Positions 28,984 to 39,253 of a stretch of DNA of 64,000 nt are shown piece after piece. Under the pieces are notes generated by a model. It made no database searches. It was given only the letters and a program-made list of their open reading frames with translations, and was not told the origin of the DNA. Each line of letters opens with the position of its first letter. The stretch's first letter is position 1. The stretch comes from an uncultured bacterium (GTDB lineage Bacteria; Babelota; Babeliae; Babelales; JABCYS01), in the NCBI GenBank assembly GCA_963705705.1, contig CAVPKK010000007.1:1-64000 (forward strand), in the 5' to 3' direction. The position numbers and the translations under genes are program-made.

Positions 28984-30009
28984 TTATAAGATGATCCTCT
29001 GTACCCCATATCCGCTTAGGCGGTGGGTCAGACCTTCTCCAGTAGTTGGGCAGGTCAGTATGAGTTGCCGTTCAGGCGAGATGAGCAAAGGCAAAAGCCG
29101 TTCGACCGTTTTTTGATCAAAATCGGTTAAAAAATCATCCATTAAAAAGATGGGATGTACCGTCTGATGATGCCGGTGTAATACTCGGGCAAGGGCCAGT
29201 TTTAATAAGGTGGTAATCAACTTCTGCTGCCCTCGTGAGGCATATACCTTCGATTTACGCTCACTAAAATCTATAGCAACATCATCCAGATGTGCTCCAA
29301 ATAGTGATCTCTGCCAGCGAAGCTCCTGTGCCATATCTGCTGCTTCCGCCTTTTGTTCATATCGAAGCTCGATATGCAGGCCTTCCCATTGGGCAGCTAA
29401 TAGCTCATTAACTTCTTGTTGTAGTGCAGCCAAAATTTCGCGCCGGCGATCGGTAATGGTAGTCGATTGCAGAGTAAGTCGCTCAGTCCAAAGATCATAT
29501 GATGCCTGATCAACTGATGGCCGTGCAAGCAACGCATTGCGCTGCTCAAGTATCGATTTAAACTTCCGTAGCTCTTGGACAAATGATGGATCAATAAGCA
29601 CTATAGCTTGGTCGATGAATGCCCGTCGTACTTCAGGCCCGCCTTTAATAATGAATAAGTCATCTTCCGTAAAAGTGATTACACGGTACACATTCATAAG
29701 GTCTTGATAGGAATCAACCGGCCGTTGATCGATCTTAACGATGCGTCGCTTGCCCGCAAAGCCAACCTGGACCTGGGCCTCTCCTAGCTCAACCTTAATA
29801 AAGAAGTGAGCCGCATCATGTTGCAATAAATCTTTTGGGGTGGGTGTGCGAAATGAACGTAAATAACAAAGGTAATGAAGAGCTTCAAGAATGCTGCTTT
29901 TGCCCGAGCCGTTCTGCCCCTCAATCAAAACAACCGGCGCCTCTTCAAATGAGACGCCGTAATTTTGGAAGCAGCGGAAATTTTGGAGTTGGAGTTGTTT
30001 GATGAACAC
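28984..30009 (-). CDS. recF: DNA replication and repair protein RecF
   Basis: LQLQNFR, Walker A GQNGSGKS, SRGQQK, FLMDD; GTG start directly after the dnaN stop. Confidence 0.95.
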   Translation of the reverse strand: MFIKQLQLQNFRCFQNYGVSFEEAPVVLIEGQNGSGKSSILEALHYLCYLRSFRTPTPKDLLQHDAAHFFIKVELGEAQVQVGFAGKRRIVKIDQRPVDSYQDLMNVYRVITFTEDDLFIIKGGPEVRRAFIDQAIVLIDPSFVQELRKFKSILEQRNALLARPSVDQASYDLWTERLTLQSTTITDRRREILAALQQEVNELLAAQWEGLHIELRYEQKAEAADMAQELRWQRSLFGAHLDDVAIDFSERKSKVYASRGQQKLITTLLKLALARVLHRHHQTVHPIFLMDDFLTDFDQKTVERLLPLLISPERQLILTCPTTGEGLTHRLSGYGVQRIIL

Positions 30010-30010
30010 A

Positions 30011-31150
30011 TCACCCCTGGGCAGCAGTCGGCGAAACAGGCATAACCAAATAGGTAACCTGCATATCCTCTTCTTGTGATTCAAAAATAATTGGACGGGC
30101 TGCATTCTTTAAATAGAATTTGCTCTTTTCATCCTTCAATGCCTGTAGGCCATTGAGTAGGTATGGTGCATAGAAACGGATTTCCATTTGATCACCATCA
30201 AACCCTTCAAGCTTAAGTGCTTCTTCAAGTTTACCAACTTCTTTGTTTTGCAGTGACACTTGAACTGCATCTCGCGCAAATTCAAACTTGGTCGCAATAA
30301 ATTGGCCTGAAAGCAAGCTTGTTGAGCGTCGTAACGTTTTTACGAATTCGCCGCGATCCAAAGATGCTGGTGCAAACCCTTTTTTATCAAGGATTGGCGC
30401 ATAGTTCGGAAATTGATCAGAAAGCACACGAGTAAAGAAGTTAAAGCTTACGCCAGAGAATACGAGCTGCGAGTTGCAAACGCCGAGGAACAAGGTGCTT
30501 TCTTGGGTAGTTTCCAAAATCTTTTTGAGCTCAAAAACAGAACGACGAGGTAAAAGCCACGTCTTTGATTCTCCGAGCGTATATTTTGGGGAACGTATTT
30601 GTGCTAGGCAGTGACCATCAGTTGTGGTCATTTTAAGTTCTTGATTATTCACTTCCAACAGCAAACCGTTCAATGCTGGATTAGCATTATTTTGCGGGAT
30701 AAGGAAAGCAACCTTATCAAGCAGATCCGCCACAAACTTTGCATCCAACTGCATTAAATTTTCAATGCGCTCAGGAAATGGGGGAAATTCTTGTGCCGGT
30801 TTAATATGTAATACCAAATTTACCGAGCCAGATTTAAGTGCCAGGCTTTGATCGTCAAATGTAAGCTGGATATCACCATCCAACTCTTTTACTACATCAA
30901 AGATACGGCGACCAGAAACCATAAAGCTTTCAGCTTCACCTATTTCGCTCGATTTTAATGCGCAACCGATCTGCAAACTTATTTCCATATCGGTACTTTT
31001 TAAAATAAGTTCACGACTGCCCGCCTGGAATAAGACGCATGAGGTGGCATCGAGAGTTGTGCGACGACTGCAGATTGGCTGCAATGAAGAAAGCACTGAT
31101 AAAAACGATTTTTGATCAACTACAAATTTTTTCATCATAACGACCCACAT
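30011..31150 (-). CDS. dnaN: DNA polymerase III beta sliding clamp
   Basis: STDMEI, TTDGHCL, FPNY, YLVMPV C-terminus. True start may be ATG at 31138 or 31135. Confidence 0.95.
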   Translation of the reverse strand: MWVVMMKKFVVDQKSFLSVLSSLQPICSRRTTLDATSCVLFQAGSRELILKSTDMEISLQIGCALKSSEIGEAESFMVSGRRIFDVVKELDGDIQLTFDDQSLALKSGSVNLVLHIKPAQEFPPFPERIENLMQLDAKFVADLLDKVAFLIPQNNANPALNGLLLEVNNQELKMTTTDGHCLAQIRSPKYTLGESKTWLLPRRSVFELKKILETTQESTLFLGVCNSQLVFSGVSFNFFTRVLSDQFPNYAPILDKKGFAPASLDRGEFVKTLRRSTSLLSGQFIATKFEFARDAVQVSLQNKEVGKLEEALKLEGFDGDQMEIRFYAPYLLNGLQALKDEKSKFYLKNAARPIIFESQEEDMQVTYLVMPVSPTAAQG

Positions 31151-31318
31151 CTATAAAAGCATTGGAAGAAATAGACCCCAATCGATCCTATAGTATAGCA
31201 GGCAATGAATGATCTTCTATATGCAAAATAGGCAGAATTTACGATTGTACCCGATCAGGGGCAAGAGGATATCACCCAGATCCTTCTGCCAGTCGCGATC
31301 ATAGATTTTGATTTGATA

Positions 31319-32227
31319 TTAAGTAGAACGAGGATGTTTTTTATCGTATACATCACGGAGATGACTTGTATCCAAATGGGTATAAATTTGGACCGTAGAC
31401 AGTTGTTCATGGCCCAAGAGCATTTGCAATGAGCGCAGATCAGCGCCTTTTTGCAATAAATGTGTGGCCAATGAATGGCGCAGGCGATGCGGTGACACGC
31501 TTTCTTTCATGCCAACGCCTTCAGCAACGCGCTTCAATACTACCCAGAATGCTTGACGTGAAATTGGCTTTACGCGCTTCCCGTAGAAAATAGGGAAGGC
31601 ATGTTCAGTTTCAATGCGTTGACCATCTTTGGTTACCAAACGAGGAAACACTTCTTCAAAATAAGTGCGAAGCATAGCAATCATATGAGCTGGCAATGGT
31701 ACCATGCGTTGACGCCCGCCTTTACCATCAACAGCAATAAAACCGGTATCAAAATGGATAGCCGATTTCTTCATGTTCACCAATTCACTGATGCGCATGC
31801 CAGAAACATACAGCAGATACACCATTACCTTATTTCGCACCCCGATATCTGATTTGTCGCTATCGGTACTGCCGAGCAAGCGTTCAACATCCGCTTCAGA
31901 GAGATATTGCGGTAATTTCTTTTCTAACTTTGGCATTGCAATATCACGCGCATGATGCTCAAAGCGGTGACGTTCCGATAAAAATCCATAAAAGGCTTTA
32001 AGGGAGGATATTTTTCGCGCAAGGCTACGCGCTGTTATTTTTTGCTCATGCAAATGGGCAAGAAACTCCTTAATCGTTTCTGCATTCGCATTCTCAAGCT
32101 CAATTGATTTCCCTTTAATAAAGGTGGCAAACTGCTCAATATCGCGCTTATATGCTGCGTAGGTATTTTGAGCGGCACGCTTTTCGGTAAGTAGATATGT
32201 CTCAAACTTAGTTAGAAACGATTCCAT
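31319..32227 (-). CDS. xerD: Site-specific tyrosine recombinase XerD
   Basis: GMRISEL, GKGGRQRMVP, SRQAFW, SPHRLRHSLATHLL, LGH, TVQIYTH, HPR end. Confidence 0.85.
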   Translation of the reverse strand: MESFLTKFETYLLTEKRAAQNTYAAYKRDIEQFATFIKGKSIELENANAETIKEFLAHLHEQKITARSLARKISSLKAFYGFLSERHRFEHHARDIAMPKLEKKLPQYLSEADVERLLGSTDSDKSDIGVRNKVMVYLLYVSGMRISELVNMKKSAIHFDTGFIAVDGKGGRQRMVPLPAHMIAMLRTYFEEVFPRLVTKDGQRIETEHAFPIFYGKRVKPISRQAFWVVLKRVAEGVGMKESVSPHRLRHSLATHLLQKGADLRSLQMLLGHEQLSTVQIYTHLDTSHLRDVYDKKHPRST

Positions 32228-32285
32228 TGCTTATCCCCATACATTATTAACTCAACCTTACAGGCCTTATCGACCACTTCTACCG

Positions 32286-33752
32286 TCAGTATGCCTTAGC
32301 AACCAAAATATCTGCAACACTTGGTCTATCACACATAAAACAATGCTTATGTGTAGCCGTTTCTAATACACAACGAATGGTAGCCTTATGTTCTTTTAAC
32401 TTCTGTTCAGCAACATCCTTTTGGCACCACCCGGTTATGTAGGCATACCCTCCCTTTTCCAAGTCAGCCTCAAATTCCGAAAACTTATCAGCCTGCTTAA
32501 TAAGACTATCTCTCTTCTTTTTTGCACGGGCAAACATCTCAACTTGGATGGCATCGAGCATAATTTGTGCCTCTTCCACCACGCGCTCAAGCGATACAAT
32601 CTTTTTGCCCAAGCCAATGCGATCCACCAGCACCGCCTGCTTTGCTTCCAAATCGCGCGGTCCAATTTCAATCCGCAGCGGTACACCCTTTAATTCCCAT
32701 TTATAAAACTTTGCGCCTGGCGTTTCATTCTCATCATCATCGATTACTGTTTTGGCATGCCCAGGGCCGAATGAGAATCCACTTTCGCCAATACAGGTAC
32801 CTTGATCAAATTTCTCTTTGAGCTGCTTGCAGACCTCTTTCAACTGTGCCGTATCAGCCCCTTTTCTAAAGATAGGCATAATAACAATTTGGATCGGTGC
32901 AATCTTCGGCGGCAATACCAATCCTTTTTGATCACCATGCACCATAACCGTTGCCCCAATCAATCGAGTTGTTGTGCCCCAGCTGGTAAGCCATGGGTAT
33001 TCAAGTTTCCCCTCATTATTCTGAAATTGAATATTGAATGCATGAGCAAAGGATTGGGATAGCAAATGCGAGGTTCCCATTTGCAATGCCTTGCCATCAG
33101 GCATAATCCCTTCAAGAGTGAATGTGCGATCGGCGCCTGCAAAGCGTTCACTCTCAGGTTTTTCTTCCCCAAATATTGGTATCGCTAAATATTGTTCAAC
33201 CAGATCAATATATTCGTTGAGCATATCTTCAACTTCTTGCTCAGCCTCTTTTTTCGTAGCATGCGCAGTATGACCTTCCTGCCAATAAAACTCAGTAGTC
33301 CGCAAAAATGGACGCGTGCGCATTTCCCAACGCATTACGTTGGCCCATTGATTAAGTTTGAGTGGTAAATCACGCCATGATTTAATCCATTGCGCAAACA
33401 TGTGATGAAACATCGTCTCGGATGTAGGGCGAATAACATATGGCTCTTCAAGCTCTTTGCCACCGGCTTTCGTCACAATGGCTAGCTCTGGTGCAAAACC
33501 TTCAACATGTTTTGCCTCTTTTTGAATAAAAGAAAGGGGAATAAGTAACGGCAACATAACATTGTGATGCCCGGTCACTTTAATCTTGTGGTCGAGAACC
33601 TTAACTATATTTTCCCAAATAGCGGTGCCATAGGGGCGAACAATCATGCAACCGCGCACAGGCGCGTTATCAACCAGCTCAGCGCGATGGATGACTTCTT
33701 GATACCATTCTGCAAATTGCGTATTAAAATCTGGAAGTTGTTGGTTGCTCAT
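32286..33752 (-). CDS. proS: Proline--tRNA ligase (archaeal/eukaryotic type)
   Basis: HVEGFAPE, RPTSET, QWANVMRWE, FLRTTEFYWQEGH, C-terminal AKAY. Confidence 0.97.
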   Translation of the reverse strand: MSNQQLPDFNTQFAEWYQEVIHRAELVDNAPVRGCMIVRPYGTAIWENIVKVLDHKIKVTGHHNVMLPLLIPLSFIQKEAKHVEGFAPELAIVTKAGGKELEEPYVIRPTSETMFHHMFAQWIKSWRDLPLKLNQWANVMRWEMRTRPFLRTTEFYWQEGHTAHATKKEAEQEVEDMLNEYIDLVEQYLAIPIFGEEKPESERFAGADRTFTLEGIMPDGKALQMGTSHLLSQSFAHAFNIQFQNNEGKLEYPWLTSWGTTTRLIGATVMVHGDQKGLVLPPKIAPIQIVIMPIFRKGADTAQLKEVCKQLKEKFDQGTCIGESGFSFGPGHAKTVIDDDENETPGAKFYKWELKGVPLRIEIGPRDLEAKQAVLVDRIGLGKKIVSLERVVEEAQIMLDAIQVEMFARAKKKRDSLIKQADKFSEFEADLEKGGYAYITGWCQKDVAEQKLKEHKATIRCVLETATHKHCFMCDRPSVADILVAKAY

Positions 33753-34722
33753 AATAGCCTTGTTTCAATTCTTCTTGATAAAAAATATACAGTCCAATTA
33801 CGACGAGTAATGCGGTAGCAAAAAAATCCCAGCCGACCGTTTCATTCAAAAACAACCAACCAAGCCCTGCTGCAAATAACGGTGCTGTAAATCCAGCAAA
33901 TGAAAGCAAAGTTGCCGTGTATTTTTTGAGTAGCTCCGTATATAGCAACGAGAATAGAAAATTTGAAATAATGATAATGAGAGCGGTGTTGGCGACAAAT
34001 GCTGCCATATTTGTAACTGGCACAATCCAATATGATCTACCCCATTCTTCAAAAATTAGTGATGTGATAAGGGCCAAAATACCGCCGCCCATCATTGCAA
34101 AACCATTAATAAATGAGGAAGCATATGCATGCGTTTTTGCCAATTCACGCACCACAATCCAACCATAGGATGAAGCCGCCACGGCGCCGAGCATGAGTAT
34201 TTCTGGCCAGTACCCAAATAGACCGGATTGACGTTCGACTGCAGAAGGTGCCAATAGTACTGGAATGAATGCAAGATACCCTAATGATAAACCAAGCCAT
34301 TTCTTCGGCGTCATTAATTCATTGAATACCCAATAGGAAAGCAAAGCGCAAATAAATGGTGAAAGATCGTAGAGCAAGCATGCTTTGGCTGAACCCATAT
34401 GATTAAGTGCAACCAGGTCAAAGACATAGGTTAAATAGATATAGAAGAAAATTGTTTGTGCAAAAAGGCCGTAATGTTGCCGTGGAATATGCCAAGGCTT
34501 ATGAGCAGATTCGGCAGGCTGCATAGCCGATAGTTCGGTTCTGAGGCTACCCTCATTTACAATTTTTTTCTTCGATGCAAACCAATAGTAACCAAGCAAT
34601 ACAGCGCCACCAATGATCATGCGGGCTGCAACATAAAATATTGGCGCGCCGTATGTCAATGCAGCTTTGGAAATGGTAAACGTGCTTGCACTGAGAAAAT
34701 GTAGAATGGCAATGAGTAACAT
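33724..34722 (-). CDS. EamA/DMT family transporter
   Basis: About 10 hydrophobic helices in two repeats; LSPFICALLSYWVFNE and TAPLFAAGLGWLFLNE. Confidence 0.9.
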   Translation of the reverse strand: MLLIAILHFLSASTFTISKAALTYGAPIFYVAARMIIGGAVLLGYYWFASKKKIVNEGSLRTELSAMQPAESAHKPWHIPRQHYGLFAQTIFFYIYLTYVFDLVALNHMGSAKACLLYDLSPFICALLSYWVFNELMTPKKWLGLSLGYLAFIPVLLAPSAVERQSGLFGYWPEILMLGAVAASSYGWIVVRELAKTHAYASSFINGFAMMGGGILALITSLIFEEWGRSYWIVPVTNMAAFVANTALIIIISNFLFSLLYTELLKKYTATLLSFAGFTAPLFAAGLGWLFLNETVGWDFFATALLVVIGLYIFYQEELKQGYYEQPTTSRF

Positions 34723-34781
34723 CTGTGGTGTTCCTGTTTCCTGCTTAATACTTTAGCGCCCAAGTATTCATCAATCAAAAG

Positions 34782-34810
34782 TTGAGTCAAGTATTTGCTA
34801 GTGGTAAACT
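34782..34810 (+). promoter_or_regulatory. sigma70-type promoter of the Fic gene
   Basis: TTGAGT-17 nt-TAAACT with TGn extension. Confidence 0.55.
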
Positions 34811-34843
34811 GGCTGAATAAGGAATACCCAATGAGGATCTTGG

Positions 34844-35662
34844 ATGAGCAGCCAACAATTTAAAGATAGAGCCGCTGATATTGATCAATTAAAAACAAAA
34901 ATTAATTCTTACCGACCGATACCGCAAGAAATTTTATCCCAGCTTAAAGAAAAACTTCGGATTATTTCATGCTATACCAGCTGTGCCTTGGATGGTATGA
35001 GTTTTGATGAAGCTGAAACAAAAACGGTTCTAGAATATGGCAAAGCCATTGGCGGCAAAACAATTCGTGAACATTTAGAGCTACTCGGTCATAGCGAAGC
35101 ATATGATTTTCTCTGGGAAGCCTCTCGTCGCGGCATTACCAATCTTACATTGGATGATCTTTTAAAATTCCACCAACTTTTTTATTATCGAATCAACAAG
35201 CCTCAAGCAGGCAAATTACGCAAAGGCAAATCACTTGGCAATCAGGGCGAAGGTGATCCTGTTGCAGCTGAACAAGTTGTGCCAATACTGGAAGAGTTCA
35301 TTGCATCCTTACCAGATCTGGGTGCTACTCGCCACCCGGTTAATTTTGCCGCATTGTTATATTTGCGCTTAATGAATATTCAACCATTTATCGAAAACAA
35401 TGGCCGCATTGCACGGTTGATGATGAATTTATCCCTTATGCAGCATGGCTATTGCGCTATCATAATCCCACCTGGGCTGCGACATGAATATGTGACCACT
35501 ATGCGTGTAGCCAATAAAGGTGGCGATGCCCAACCATTTTTAAAATTCATTTCGCAAATGGCTTATGATAGTCATGTTGAATATTTGCGATTATTGCAAG
35601 AACTAGTGCATGAAAGCAAACTAACAGAACCAAACGTTCAATCGGAACAACCAGCAATCTGA
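34844..35662 (+). CDS. Fic family protein with degenerate catalytic motif
   Basis: N-terminal YTSCALDG (cf. YxSNAIEG), IGGKTIREHLE, motif QPFIENNGRIAR (cf. HPFxDGNGRxxR). Confidence 0.9.
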   Translation: MSSQQFKDRAADIDQLKTKINSYRPIPQEILSQLKEKLRIISCYTSCALDGMSFDEAETKTVLEYGKAIGGKTIREHLELLGHSEAYDFLWEASRRGITNLTLDDLLKFHQLFYYRINKPQAGKLRKGKSLGNQGEGDPVAAEQVVPILEEFIASLPDLGATRHPVNFAALLYLRLMNIQPFIENNGRIARLMMNLSLMQHGYCAIIIPPGLRHEYVTTMRVANKGGDAQPFLKFISQMAYDSHVEYLRLLQELVHESKLTEPNVQSEQPAI

Positions 35663-36345
35663 TCCGAAATCGAACTTTTCCTTTGCCGCCTCTTTTGCAT
35701 CACCATTGGTAACAATGCCATTAGTGCCAACAAACACAGTGGAGCTGCCACATGCCAGGAAATAATGCCGCGCAGTGAATTAATATGCGCAAATTCTTTG
35801 CCGGCAAAAGCTAATACAGCAGAGCCGGGAATCACCCCAATCGCCATGGTCCAGATGAAAGTAAATAATGATATGCGTGTGAGACCAGCCACCGGATTAA
35901 TGATGAAATAAGGCATGAACGGCATCAGACGAATAAATAATAAATAATGCGCGCCGTGTTTATCAAGCTCATTATTCAGCCATTGCAGTTGGGTAGGATA
36001 GCGCTGTTCAATAGTGTCTTGTAGTACATATCGTGCAAGCAAAAAAGCAATGACGGCGCCCGCAGTTGCACCAATGCAAGCAATCAACACAGTAGTCGCA
36101 AGTCCAAAGAAGTAGCCGCCGCTAAATGTTAAAATGCCACCGAACGGTAATGCACAAGCACAAGTAATGATATATAAAGCAAGAAAGGCGAATGATGCTA
36201 ACCAAAATTGATTGCCAATAAATGAGTGGATCAAATGGCGCTGCTGCTTGATGACGGCGAGGTCTGCGTATTGGCGAAACTGAAAAAAAATAATTAATGC
36301 AAAACCAATTGCAACAAGTGTGATTATGGTTTTTTGATTGCGCAT
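35638..36345 (-). CDS. TVP38/TMEM64 (VTT/DedA-like) membrane protein
   Basis: LTFSGGYFFG, GATAGAVIAFLLARY, LLFIRLMPFMPYFIIN. Confidence 0.9.
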   Translation of the reverse strand: MRNQKTIITLVAIGFALIIFFQFRQYADLAVIKQQRHLIHSFIGNQFWLASFAFLALYIITCACALPFGGILTFSGGYFFGLATTVLIACIGATAGAVIAFLLARYVLQDTIEQRYPTQLQWLNNELDKHGAHYLLFIRLMPFMPYFIINPVAGLTRISLFTFIWTMAIGVIPGSAVLAFAGKEFAHINSLRGIISWHVAAPLCLLALMALLPMVMQKRRQRKSSISDQIAGCSD

Positions 36346-36361
36346 GCCAGCTCTAATATGC

Positions 36362-36396
36362 GCGCTTTGATCCTTCGATTAACTCAGGATGAGCGC
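36362..36396. repeat. REP-like palindromic element, copy 2
   Basis: 35 bp identical to 28866-28900. Confidence 0.85.
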
Positions 36397-36414
36397 GATC
36401 TTTTTACACTCAAT

Positions 36415-39141
36415 TTAACCTGAGATAGTATGTGCCTTTGCTTCAACTTGATTTATTGAAATTGGCGCAACATCCAATCTGCCGACGCGGATTTTAACCA
36501 AAGCATCATTCTTCAATACACGCCGCGCCGCTTCTTTCACTTGATCCAATGTAATTTTTTGAATGTTTTGTGCGCGTTGGCTTGCATAGTCGTACGGCAG
36601 ATTAAATTTATTCAAGAATAAAAAGGTATTGACCGTCATTCTGTTGGTCGCATACATTTCAGCCATATCATTGAGCACCGTTTGTTTTGCAACAGCAAGC
36701 TCATCTTCACGTATATCATCAATTACCGTTGCAATTGCATTTTCAATTAATTGCTCCGCTTCAATTAATCTATCTTTGGAAACGATTGTGCTTACATACG
36801 TCATTCCAGGTTGCTCATCAGCACCCGAAATAGTAGAACCATTTATCGTATAGAAGATGCCATGCTGTTCGCGCAGATGGAATAAACGGCTATCCATGCC
36901 GCGGCTAAAGATATGATCAAAGAGCAGAAGCTTATCGTGATTAGGATCCATCCGATCAACTGAAAGGCCAACATAGGTGAGCACAATTTGATCCCGAGCC
37001 ATGAAGACATCGAGTGTAGATGCAGTTGCTGCCGTAAGTGGCGGGAAGAAAATATCGGCAAGATCATTTCCATTCCACGAGCCTAAGTTTGATTCAATTG
37101 CTGCAGTAGCAGTATCATTTTGAATATCGCCAACCACCACTAATTTTGCATCTGCTGGCGTCATCCACGTTTTGTACAGTTTTACAAGGTCCTCACGCGT
37201 AATTTTAGCCAATGTTTCCGGATTAGAAATATCATTCATGCCGTACGGGTGATCTTTATAAATCGACTCACGGACCTTTTGCGATGCCACCGACTTTGGT
37301 GTATCAAGATGGCGATACCAATCAGCCATTGCACGCATTTTTATTTTATTAATTGCAGCATCATCAAATGAACATTCAGTAACAAGCTCATTGAGCAGCT
37401 GCATACCATAATCAAATTGTTCTGGCAGTAAATCAACGCTAATTCTGCCAGGAGCAATATCAAAATGGATACCGTGCTGTTCGGCTGCCAGTGCAAATGT
37501 ATCACCCGGATGTGATGCGGTTCCTTCATACATTAATGAACACATGAGATTGCATAGGCCAGGTAGCTCTGGCTGGTTGTATGCCTGATCAGCCTTCAAC
37601 TTAAGCGTAACACTAATCTTCGGCACAGCCGAACGAGTATGCGTAAATATATGTAACCCATTTGATAGCTGAACAGATGTCGGCACTATCGCATGTGAAT
37701 CACGTGGTTGCCGTGTTTCAATCAAATTTGCCATCAATGGTTGCTCAACTTGTGATTTGCGTTCGCGTTGTGCAAGGAAAGCAACATCTTCCGCATCGCC
37801 TTGCGCCATAATGGAACCCCAAATAGCTTGGCCGCGCTCACTTAACGGTAATAACACGCCGCGGTGCTGAAACTCTGGCAATGCGTGCATTCGTACAAGT
37901 TCTTGGATTTGTTGCCCAAGCTTCTGCGGATCGTCATGCATGAAAGTAAATGGATAATTTTCATCACCACGAGCCAAGTACGATGTACCGATTGCACGTG
38001 CCTGCGCATTAGTACTTTCAAGCAAACTATAATAAGCCTGTTTGCTTATCGCCATAACCTTTTGCAACTCTTGGGTGTTTAAGCCTTGCGCAGCAATCGT
38101 ATCCAATTCTTGTTGGATAATATCAATTACTTGTTGCATTGCATTGCGATCCAATGTCTTCGGCTCGCAATAGATGCTCATTATATCGACGTCGAAATAA
38201 TTGAAATTGAAACTTTGAATCCAGTTCACCAGCTGCAGTTCATCAACCAGTCGCTTATATAAGCGCGAGCTCTTGCCGCCAGTCAGAAGTAAGCTCAATG
38301 CATCAACCGCAAAACCATCCTGGTTTTTATATCCAGGTATCTGATATGAAAGCAGCAGCATTGGCAATTTTACATCCCGATACAATACCAGCTCTTGTGA
38401 TGCAAGCTCGCGATTGTGATAAAACGCTTCCTTCCTATACGTAGGATCCGCCGGAATATTGCCAAAATTCTTTTCAACCTCCGCAAACACTTCATCTGGA
38501 TTTATATCGCCTACAATCACCAATGTTGCGTTATTAGGAACATAATGTTTTTTATAAAACTTAAGCAGCTGCTCTTGATTAATTTCCCAGATATCTTGCT
38601 TAAAGCCGATGGTTGGATAATGGTATGGGTGGTCAGCAAATATGGATGAGTTCAACCCAAGCACCAGAGAACGGGTGTAATTGTCCCGATTCATCTTCAA
38701 CTCTTGAATTACCACCTTAAATTCGGCATTTAGTAAATCCTGCTTAAAGGTGCAATTACGCATACAATCGGCAAGGATCGGCAATGTTTGGTCATAGTTG
38801 TGCGCCGGCACATTGAATTCATAGAACGTCCAGTCAGCACTGGTATGGGCATTGCACCAGCCCGAAAGCTTCTTTGTGATAAGGGCAATATCGCATTCCG
38901 AAATATTCGGCGTGCCCTTAAAAATCATATGTTCAAGCAAATGGGCTAAGCCACGCTCGCCTGATTTCTCATCCTTGGATCCTACATGATACCAAAGCTG
39001 TATAGCCACCTTCTGCGTGGTTTCGACTGGGCGAACCAATACAGTTAGGCCATTTGATAGGACTTTTTTAAAGACAGGTGTTGTTTGTGCATTGAGACTT
39101 GTCATCATAACCCCCAAAATTAGCGCAGATAGCTGACGCAT
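36415..39141 (-). CDS. M16 (insulinase/pitrilysin) family zinc peptidase, two-lobed, exported
   Basis: LSNGL, GLAHLLEHMIFKG (HxxEH), duplicated second half, signal peptide. Confidence 0.95.
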   Translation of the reverse strand: MRQLSALILGVMMTSLNAQTTPVFKKVLSNGLTVLVRPVETTQKVAIQLWYHVGSKDEKSGERGLAHLLEHMIFKGTPNISECDIALITKKLSGWCNAHTSADWTFYEFNVPAHNYDQTLPILADCMRNCTFKQDLLNAEFKVVIQELKMNRDNYTRSLVLGLNSSIFADHPYHYPTIGFKQDIWEINQEQLLKFYKKHYVPNNATLVIVGDINPDEVFAEVEKNFGNIPADPTYRKEAFYHNRELASQELVLYRDVKLPMLLLSYQIPGYKNQDGFAVDALSLLLTGGKSSRLYKRLVDELQLVNWIQSFNFNYFDVDIMSIYCEPKTLDRNAMQQVIDIIQQELDTIAAQGLNTQELQKVMAISKQAYYSLLESTNAQARAIGTSYLARGDENYPFTFMHDDPQKLGQQIQELVRMHALPEFQHRGVLLPLSERGQAIWGSIMAQGDAEDVAFLAQRERKSQVEQPLMANLIETRQPRDSHAIVPTSVQLSNGLHIFTHTRSAVPKISVTLKLKADQAYNQPELPGLCNLMCSLMYEGTASHPGDTFALAAEQHGIHFDIAPGRISVDLLPEQFDYGMQLLNELVTECSFDDAAINKIKMRAMADWYRHLDTPKSVASQKVRESIYKDHPYGMNDISNPETLAKITREDLVKLYKTWMTPADAKLVVVGDIQNDTATAAIESNLGSWNGNDLADIFFPPLTAATASTLDVFMARDQIVLTYVGLSVDRMDPNHDKLLLFDHIFSRGMDSRLFHLREQHGIFYTINGSTISGADEQPGMTYVSTIVSKDRLIEAEQLIENAIATVIDDIREDELAVAKQTVLNDMAEMYATNRMTVNTFLFLNKFNLPYDYASQRAQNIQKITLDQVKEAARRVLKNDALVKIRVGRLDVAPISINQVEAKAHTISG

Positions 39142-39253
39142 AATCGTTCCTTTTTATCGTTTGCTTTTATGCAAGATAGGCACAGCAAAGTCTAGGACAT
39201 TTATTAATTTAAATGGTACCTCGAAAAGCCGAGAATCGCAAACGGTTTGGCTA

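Noticed and set aside
31319..32227. Tyrosine recombinase as a phage or island integrase
   Set aside because: Has XerD signatures and housekeeping neighbours; no att sites or phage genes seen.
32286..33752. Eukaryote-like ProRS as a recent host-derived transfer
   Set aside because: This ProRS type is widespread in several bacterial phyla and sits in a core block.
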